The notes under the pieces: model-generated
What the model was told of the DNA's origin: nothing
Seen by the model: only the letters and a program-made list of their open reading frames with translations
The model's database searches: none
Translations under genes and position numbers: made by a program
Shown: one piece after another, positions 60,970-64,000 of the stretch
How positions within the stretch are numbered: position 1 is the stretch's first letter
Layout of the letters: each line of letters opens with the position of its first letter
Source of the DNA: an uncultured Prevotellaceae bacterium
GTDB taxonomy: Bacteria; Bacteroidota; Bacteroidia; Bacteroidales; Bacteroidaceae
Reading direction: 5' to 3'
Assembly (NCBI GenBank): GCA_900316685.1
Contig: ONDS01000012.1
Span: forward strand, 9,920 to 73,919
Length of the DNA: 64,000 nucleotides

Positions 60970-62868
60970 ATGAAAAAATTTACATTGTTTTTGATGATGG
61001 CTCTCTTTCTCGGGAGCGCCCGTTCCTTTGCTGTAGAGGATGTCGACATGCCTTCACCGTGGGAGGCTACCTGCACGGTAAGCGGCACCACCTTCACCTT
61101 CAATGGCAGCTGGGCAGGTGCGGGCACTTGGCTGGGCGATGCAGACAAGTCAGCCTATGACTATGTTTTCGTGAAATATTCCGACTGTACGGCACCCATC
61201 TCCTTCGGTGTGGTCTACAACAAGGTGACGGGTCATGAGTCGTGGGGCGATGTATATGCTACAGGCTCCGTGTTGATACCCGTATCGCAGGGTGGTGTGG
61301 TAGGTGTGAAGCTCGACAAGACCTCCATGTCCGACAATGCCGGGAAGACCTATGCTCAGTCTATCCGTCAGGTTCAGCTGCAGGACCAAGGCACAGCAGG
61401 TTCCGTCACCATCGAAGGCATCTGGTTTGGCACTACCGCTGAATACGAGGAAGCCTTGGCCGGTGGTGAGATCCAGTTGGACCCACGTGTTGACCTGCCG
61501 GTCGACAACATGAATGCCGGTTGGAGCTCCTCTTCCGATGGTTCTGGCAATATCACCATCAGCGGCAGCTATGGCGGTCGCGGATGGGGCTGGTGGAACG
61601 GAGGACAGGACTTCACTTACTACGACTATGTGGTGCTCGTGTTTGCCGTTCCCACTTCCAACAATGGGCAGTTATTCTTCCAAGGCACGGGAAGCGACGA
61701 GAATACCACTACTTCGTTCGACCAGAAATGTATGGTGTTCGTGGCTCCGCTGCCCGACTACGAGCTTTTCTCCCAGATATGTATCCAGGGAGCCCAATCG
61801 GGTTATACCTACAGCGTAGACGAAGCATTCGTCTGTACGCAGGAATATTTGGAGGAGAATGGCTATGCCACCCTCTATAAAGTCGACCGTAAGGATTTAG
61901 GTCTTACCGCCAGCGATGTAGGCTCAGGTTGGGGCGAATCCTCTTACGATGCCGCCACCAAGACCATCACCATCGGCGACGACTGGAGCGGCAAGGGATG
62001 GTGGAAGGGTACCGCCGACTATTCCGCTTACGACAAGTTGGTCATCTGTTTTGCTGATGCCACTCCTGCTGTCGGCAAGATCGTGGTGGAATACGACAAT
62101 GGCACTGCCAATAGCGAGGCTGAGTTCGATGTGTCGTGCATCCAGCGCATCTTCTCTTTGGACGAGGCAGGCAAGAGCGCCGTCAAGCAGGTTTACATCC
62201 AGGGTCCCTCGGGTGCCAAATATGAATTGGAAGAGGCTTATGTCTGTACATACGAATATTCTGACTTGGATGTGGGCATTAGCGACGAATATGCACCTAA
62301 CTTCGAATACTCCTTCAACGGCTATGGCTATGGTACGTTCTGTTACGAAGAGAATGCTTATGTCATTCCCACCGGTGTGGAAGTGTCCTACGTCTCCGGC
62401 ATAGAAGGCAAGGTGCTTCAAGAGGGCACTGTCGAAGGGGTTATACCTGCCGACATGGCCGTCATCCTGAAAGGCGAACCCAACAGCACCGTGAAGTTCG
62501 GACAGAGTGTGAAGAACCCCGACCCTGTCAGTGGCAATATGTTGCATGGTGCCGATGAGAGCGTGAATATCGGCGCAGGCACCAACTTCATCTATTTCCT
62601 CAGTGCCAAGGACGGCATCGTGGGCTTCTATCTGGCCAGTGCCGATGGACATAATGCCACCAGTGAAGCCCACAAAGCATGGCTCACACTGACAGCGAGC
62701 CAGGCAGCCAACGCCCCCGCATTCGTGTTCGACCAAACCACGGGCATCGAGGCTATAACCTCTGCCGAAATCGACGGTGACGCTCCCATGTACAACCTGG
62801 CCGGTCAGCGTGTGGACAGGTCTTACAAAGGATTGGTTATTGTGAAAGGCAAAAAAGTAAGGAGGTAA
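60970..62868 (+). CDS. Secreted protein with three Trp-rich repeats and a T9SS-type C-terminal domain
   Basis: Signal peptide; three G.GWW...D...YD-like modules; TTGI...YNLAGQRV...KGLVIVKGKKV tail. Confidence 0.8.
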   Translation: MKKFTLFLMMALFLGSARSFAVEDVDMPSPWEATCTVSGTTFTFNGSWAGAGTWLGDADKSAYDYVFVKYSDCTAPISFGVVYNKVTGHESWGDVYATGSVLIPVSQGGVVGVKLDKTSMSDNAGKTYAQSIRQVQLQDQGTAGSVTIEGIWFGTTAEYEEALAGGEIQLDPRVDLPVDNMNAGWSSSSDGSGNITISGSYGGRGWGWWNGGQDFTYYDYVVLVFAVPTSNNGQLFFQGTGSDENTTTSFDQKCMVFVAPLPDYELFSQICIQGAQSGYTYSVDEAFVCTQEYLEENGYATLYKVDRKDLGLTASDVGSGWGESSYDAATKTITIGDDWSGKGWWKGTADYSAYDKLVICFADATPAVGKIVVEYDNGTANSEAEFDVSCIQRIFSLDEAGKSAVKQVYIQGPSGAKYELEEAYVCTYEYSDLDVGISDEYAPNFEYSFNGYGYGTFCYEENAYVIPTGVEVSYVSGIEGKVLQEGTVEGVIPADMAVILKGEPNSTVKFGQSVKNPDPVSGNMLHGADESVNIGAGTNFIYFLSAKDGIVGFYLASADGHNATSEAHKAWLTLTASQAANAPAFVFDQTTGIEAITSAEIDGDAPMYNLAGQRVDRSYKGLVIVKGKKVRR

Positions 62869-62900
62869 AAAATAAAAGTTTAAAGAATTTGGGTTCTTAT

Positions 62901-62943
62901 CGAAAAAGAAACTCTCCACAGGAGTTTCTTTTTCGCTTTTTTT
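62901..62943 (+). terminator. Intrinsic terminator
   Basis: CGAAAAAGAAACTC...GAGTTTCTTTTTCG plus T-tract. Confidence 0.75.
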
Positions 62944-62974
62944 GTATTTTTGTGGCCTATAATCCTACGAAATC

Positions 62975-64000
62975 ATGAAAAGAACGTTTTTACTTTCCTT
63001 GTGTTTGTGCCTCACCCTATGGATGGCGGCACAAGACACCGAGGACCGGCAGCGCATCGACCTGTCGGGCGAATGGTTTTTCTCACTCGACCGTGATACG
63101 GTCATCACTCCCCTTGCCCATTTTATGGAGACGGTTAACCTGCCCAGTACGACGGACACCAACCTCAAGGGCGACCCCTTGATGAGCCGTGAGGAGACCA
63201 CCCATTTGTCACGCCTATTCAGCTACAAAGGACGGGCATGGTATCGTAAGGAAGTGGAGATACCCCGCTCATGGAAGAAAAAACATATCAGGCTCTTCTT
63301 GGAGCGCAGCAAACCCTCGGAGGTGTACGTGGACGGCACTTTCCAGGGAAAGGCGGAAAGTGTGTCGACCCGTCAGGACTTCGACCTTTCCTCCGTTCTT
63401 ACCCCTGGCAGACATACCATCGACATCATGGTAGACAACGGGGAGAGCGTGCCACCCCAACTCTTAGGCAGTTCACATGCCTATACGGAGGACACCCAGA
63501 CCAACTGGAACGGCATCATCGGAGAGATTTTTCTTGAGGCATCGTCGCCGCGAGGCATCGTCAGCATGGAGGTGCGCCCCGATGTGCATCACAAACAAGT
63601 GGCGGTGAGTGCCTTGCTACGAGGAAAAGTGAAGAAGGGCGACCATTTCGTGGTGCGGGTGGACCCTAATGGATGGAGTGGCCCCATCACCCTGTTCGAC
63701 TTGTGGCCCAACCGTAGCACCTACGCCTTCAGCGAGACACCGGAAGGAACGTTGCTCACATGTGTGGTTCCCTTGGGTGCCGATGCCCACCTATGGAGCG
63801 AATTCTCGCCCGATTATTACCAGCTCGAACTGCTGTGGGAGGGAGTGGACAGCCAAATCAAGGATTTCGGACTGGTGGATTTCCAAGCCCGCGACCATCA
63901 TTTCTACGTCAACGGCAAACAAACCTTCTTGCGTGGCAAACACGATGCCTGTGTCTTCCCCATCACCGCCCATGTGCCCATGGACGAGGCGGCATGGCGC
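62975..64000 (+). CDS. Glycoside hydrolase family 2-like protein, truncated by the window end
   Basis: Own translation: MKRTFLLSLC...IDLSGEW...YKGRAWYRKEV...LFLER...NWNGIIG...LWSEFSP...FYVNGKQTFLRG. Confidence 0.85.
   Translation, partial: MKRTFLLSLCLCLTLWMAAQDTEDRQRIDLSGEWFFSLDRDTVITPLAHFMETVNLPSTTDTNLKGDPLMSREETTHLSRLFSYKGRAWYRKEVEIPRSWKKKHIRLFLERSKPSEVYVDGTFQGKAESVSTRQDFDLSSVLTPGRHTIDIMVDNGESVPPQLLGSSHAYTEDTQTNWNGIIGEIFLEASSPRGIVSMEVRPDVHHKQVAVSALLRGKVKKGDHFVVRVDPNGWSGPITLFDLWPNRSTYAFSETPEGTLLTCVVPLGADAHLWSEFSPDYYQLELLWEGVDSQIKDFGLVDFQARDHHFYVNGKQTFLRGKHDACVFPITAHVPMDEAAWR

Overview
64 kb of a Bacteroidales chromosome, probably Prevotellaceae-like (inferred from TAnnTTTG promoter boxes, signal peptides followed by Gln, T9SS-type C-termini and gene content). 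It appears to contain the replication origin: a DnaA-box cluster between nadA and mutS, plus two parS sites flanking apt next to mnmG. Most genes are housekeeping (nadA, mutS, korAB, three FKBPs, asnC, polA, deoC, dtd, uvrC, apt, mnmG, sdh/frdCAB). Accessory points of interest: (1) a membrane-bound AraC locus in which the same palindromic operator sits at identical spacing before two promoters, one driving an exported FGE/CLec-fold protein, an exported TPR-CHAT caspase-like protease and a lipoprotein; (2) a second TPR-CHAT paralogue with near-identical 126-bp repeats that vary at a few codons; (3) REP-like palindromes inserted in frame in both CHAT genes; (4) a GxxExxY cassette with 28-bp inverted arms inside the korAB operon; (5) a CRISPR-mimicking array of covarying hairpins that supplies a promoter. 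No rRNA, tRNA, cas, transposase or reverse-transcriptase gene was recognised. All calls come from reading the sequence by eye, with no database searches.
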